Assembly (NCBI GenBank): GCA_977017645.1
Contig: OZ360226.1
Span: 133,300,001 to 133,364,000 of the forward strand
Reading direction: 5' to 3'
Origin: Torpedo marmorata
Lineage: Eukaryota
DNA: 64,000 nt
Both the position numbers and the translations under genes were made by a program. Each line of letters opens with the position of its first letter. The first letter of the stretch is position 1. Under the pieces are notes generated by a model. The model ran no database searches. It was not told where the DNA came from and saw nothing but the letters and a program-made list of their open reading frames with translations. Below are positions 60,950-64,000 of the stretch, in pieces.

Positions 60950-63543
60950 TCTGAAAATCCTGAGTATTAGGAAGAGAGGAGACAAACTCACAGCATGGGT
61001 CAATATGTGGAACTATGGTGTTGTGGCCATTACAGGGACATAGATGTCTCGGGCAGGAATGGCCGATGAACATGCCGGGCTTTAGCTGTTTCAAAAAGGA
61101 CAGGAAGGGAGGTAAAAGAGGCAGGGAGCAGCATTGCTGATCAGGGATACTATCATGGCTTCAGAAAAGGAGGATGTAGTGGACGATTGTCCACTGGGTC
61201 AGTGTGGGTGTAAGTCAGGAACAGGAAGGGGGCAATAACCCTACTGGGTATATGTTATAGACCCCCCAATAGTAACAAAGACATGGAGGAGCATATAGGG
61301 AGGCAGATTCTGGAAAGGTGCAAAAATAATAAGGTTGTGGTGATGTGTGATTTTAACTTTGTTAATATTGAATGGCATCATCTTAGAGTGAAGGTTTGTA
61401 ATGGAATGGAATTTGTTAGGCATGTTCAGGACAGTTTCCTGACACAATATGTAGATAGGCTAACTAGAGGAGAGGCTATACTTGACCTGGTATTGGGAAA
61501 TGAACCTGGTCAGGTGTCAGATCTCTCAGTAGGCGAACGTTTTGGAGAAAGTGATCACAACTCCCTCTCCTTACCATAGCAATGGAGAAGGACAGGAATA
61601 GACAATTTGGGAAAACATTTAATTTGGGTAGGGGAAAATATGATGCCATTAGGCGGGAGCTTGGGAGCATAAATTGGGAGCAGACATACTCGGGGAAATG
61701 TGCAGCAGAAATGTGGCATTTGTTCAGGGAAAACTTGCATGGCGCTCTGCACAAGTATATTCTATTGAGGTAGGGAACAGATGGTAAAGTGAAAGAACCA
61801 TGATGTACAAGGGATATAGACAATCTAGTTAAAAAGAAAAGCTTCTGAGAGGATTAAGAAGATAGGAACTGAAATATCTCTAGAGAATTACAAGATTGCC
61901 AGGAAAGAGCTTACGAAAGGACAGAAGAGCCAGAAGGGGCCATAAGAAGGCTTTGACGAGCAGGATTAAGGAAAACCCTAAGGTATTCTACAAGTATGTG
62001 AAGAACAAGAGGATGAGTCGTGTGAGGATAGGATCCATCAGGGGTAATAGTGGAAACGTGCATGGAGGAGGTAGCGGAAGTCCTCAATGAATACTTTGCT
62101 TTAGTATTCACCAGAGAAAAGCACCTTGGCAATTGTGAGGATGACTTGGGGTGGACTGAGGCACTGGAGCATGTTGACATTAAGAAAATGGATGTGTTGG
62201 AGCTTTTGAAAAACATGAAGTTATATGTCGTCAGGACCAGATGAGATTTACCCAAGGCTACTGTGGAAAGCGAAGGAGGAGATTACTAAGCCGTTGGCGA
62301 TGCTCTTCATGTCGTCACAGGGACAGGAGAAGTACCGGAGGATTGGAGAGTTGCAAATATTGTTCCCCTGTTCAAGAAAGGGAGTAAGGATAACCCAGGA
62401 AATTATAGACCAGTGAATCTTACTTCAGTGGAGGACAAGCTGTTGGAGAAGATCCTGTGAGACAGGATTTGCAAGCATAAGAGAGGCATAATCTGATTAG
62501 CGATAGTCAGCATGGCTTCGTTAGGGGAAGGTCATGTCTCACGAGGCTGATTGAATAATTTGAGGATGTAACAAACACAGCGATAAAGGGAGAGAGGTGG
62601 ATATAGTGTATATGGATTTTAGTAAGGCATTTGATAAGGTTCCCCAAGCAAAGTACACTCAGAGAGTAAGGATGCATGGAATCAAAGGTTGGTGGTGTTG
62701 TGGATAGTCTGGAGGGTTGTCAGAGATTACAGAGGGACAGAGGATGCAGAGATCGGCTGAGAAGTGACAGATGGAGTTTGTGTGAAGTGGTTCATTTCAT
62801 CAAATTTGAAGGCAGAATACAATGTTAATGGGAGGACTGAGCAATGTGGAAGAACTGAGAGATCTGAGGTCCATGTCCATAGGACACTCAAATCTGCTGC
62901 ATAGGTTGATAGTGTTGTTGTTCTGAAGGTGTATGATGTGTTGGCCTTCATTAACTATAGGATTGAGTTCAGGAGCTGAGGTAATATTGCAGCTGTATAA
63001 GATCTTAGTTAGATTCCACTTGGAATATTGTGCTCAGTTTTGGTCACCTCACTACAGGAGGAATGTGAATGCTATAGAGAGGGTGCAGAGGAGATTTACA
63101 AGGATGCTGCCTGGTTTGGAGAGCATGCCTTATGAGGATAGGTTGAGTGAATTTGGTCTTTTCTCCTTGGAGCGACGGAGGATGTGGGGTGACCTGATAG
63201 AGGTGTATAAGATGATGAGATGCATTGATTGTGTGGATGGCCAGAGGCTTTTTCCCAGGGCTGAAATGGCTGACATGAGGGGACAAAGTTTTAACGTGTT
63301 TGGGAGTAAGTACGGGGGACGTCAGGTAAGTTTTCACACAGAAAATTGTGGATGCATGGAATGCGCTGCCAGAAATGGTGGTACAATAGGATCTTTTAAG
63401 AGATTATTAGATAGGTTCATAGAACTGAGAAAAATGGAGGGTTATGCAGTAGGGAAATTCGAGGCAGTTGTTAAAGTAGGTTATTAGGTGTGCACAACTC
63501 TGTGGGCTGAAGGGCCTGTACTGTAGATTTCTCTGTTCTATGA
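60950..63543 (+). mobile_element. Decayed CR1 LINE ORF2 (endonuclease and RT)
   Basis: YRPP, DFNF..I.W, TRGEAILDLVLGNE, ESDHN, GPDEIYPRLL, NYRPVNLTS, YMDFSKAFDKVP, HLEYCAQFWSP; tail TGTTCTATG. Confidence 0.9.
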
Positions 63544-63654
63544 AAAGTGTCTTATTCATTTTACAGGAAACCTGTTCAATCTCGGAAATCACTGAATGAA
63601 GTGCAGCAATATGATCTATTATAATAAATGGAGAATTTCACTCCAAACAAATAG

Positions 63655-63775
63655 GATAATAAGATTTCAACATTCATCCATGTGCTGGAGAAAATTATCG
63701 AGTTAGGCAGCATCCATGGGTAGAAATGGTCAATCAACACTTTGGGTGATGACCCTTTATTGAGACTAAAGTAAA
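63655..63775 (-). mobile_element. Penelope-like 3' tail fragment
   Basis: Resembles the reverse complement of 34985-35075. Confidence 0.5.
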
Positions 63776-63785
63776 ATGGGGATGA

Positions 63786-64000
63786 TGTTATGTATATTGT
63801 TATGGACCATGACTGACCATTTGGACTGCGGACGGTCAGCAGGAAGGATGAAGTCTTTTGAGTACACACTGGGACCAGGTACAGAAAGAGTTAACTTGCC
63901 CAGGGCTGGCTGTGCTCAGAGAGATAGACACATAGAGAGAGAGAGACAGGCTGTGGAAAAGATACTTTGTTGCACTTTTGCAAAAGCAGGTGCAAACCTC
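63786..64000 (+). mobile_element. Possible start of another LTR
   Basis: Begins TGTTATG with loose resemblance to the start of solo LTR 29936; truncated by the window end. Confidence 0.3.

Noticed and set aside
63560-63600. Possible exon after an acceptor-like TTTTACAG
   Set aside because: No recognisable peptide or donor site, and early stops

Overview
Eukaryotic, AT-rich vertebrate DNA. The repeat mix (HE1/V-SINE-like SINEs, CR1, Rex1/Babar, L1, Penelope-like, Gypsy) suggests a cartilaginous fish, probably a ray; this is inference. The only intact host gene is the 3' end of USP12 on the + strand: penultimate exon 14714-14792, last coding exon 22380-22481, and a ~2.7 kb repeat-free 3' UTR. 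Most of the rest is nested, decayed mobile elements, many with resolvable target-site duplications (TSDs): a Gmr1-type Gypsy with integrase upstream of RT, three Mag-like Gypsy elements with ~150-170 bp LTRs, a solo LTR, L1s (one inserted antiparallel into another), Rex1, CR1, RTE and Penelope-like remnants, and hAT and Tc2-type non-autonomous DNA transposons. The most notable observation is a non-autonomous hAT element (10222-11090) that appears to carry the captured 5' half of a linker histone H1 gene, including an H1-box/TATA promoter, antisense inside a USP12 intron. Two neighbouring Tc2-type elements also carry CpG-rich cargo. All family assignments are by eye from motifs, not from database searches, and coordinates of decayed elements are approximate.
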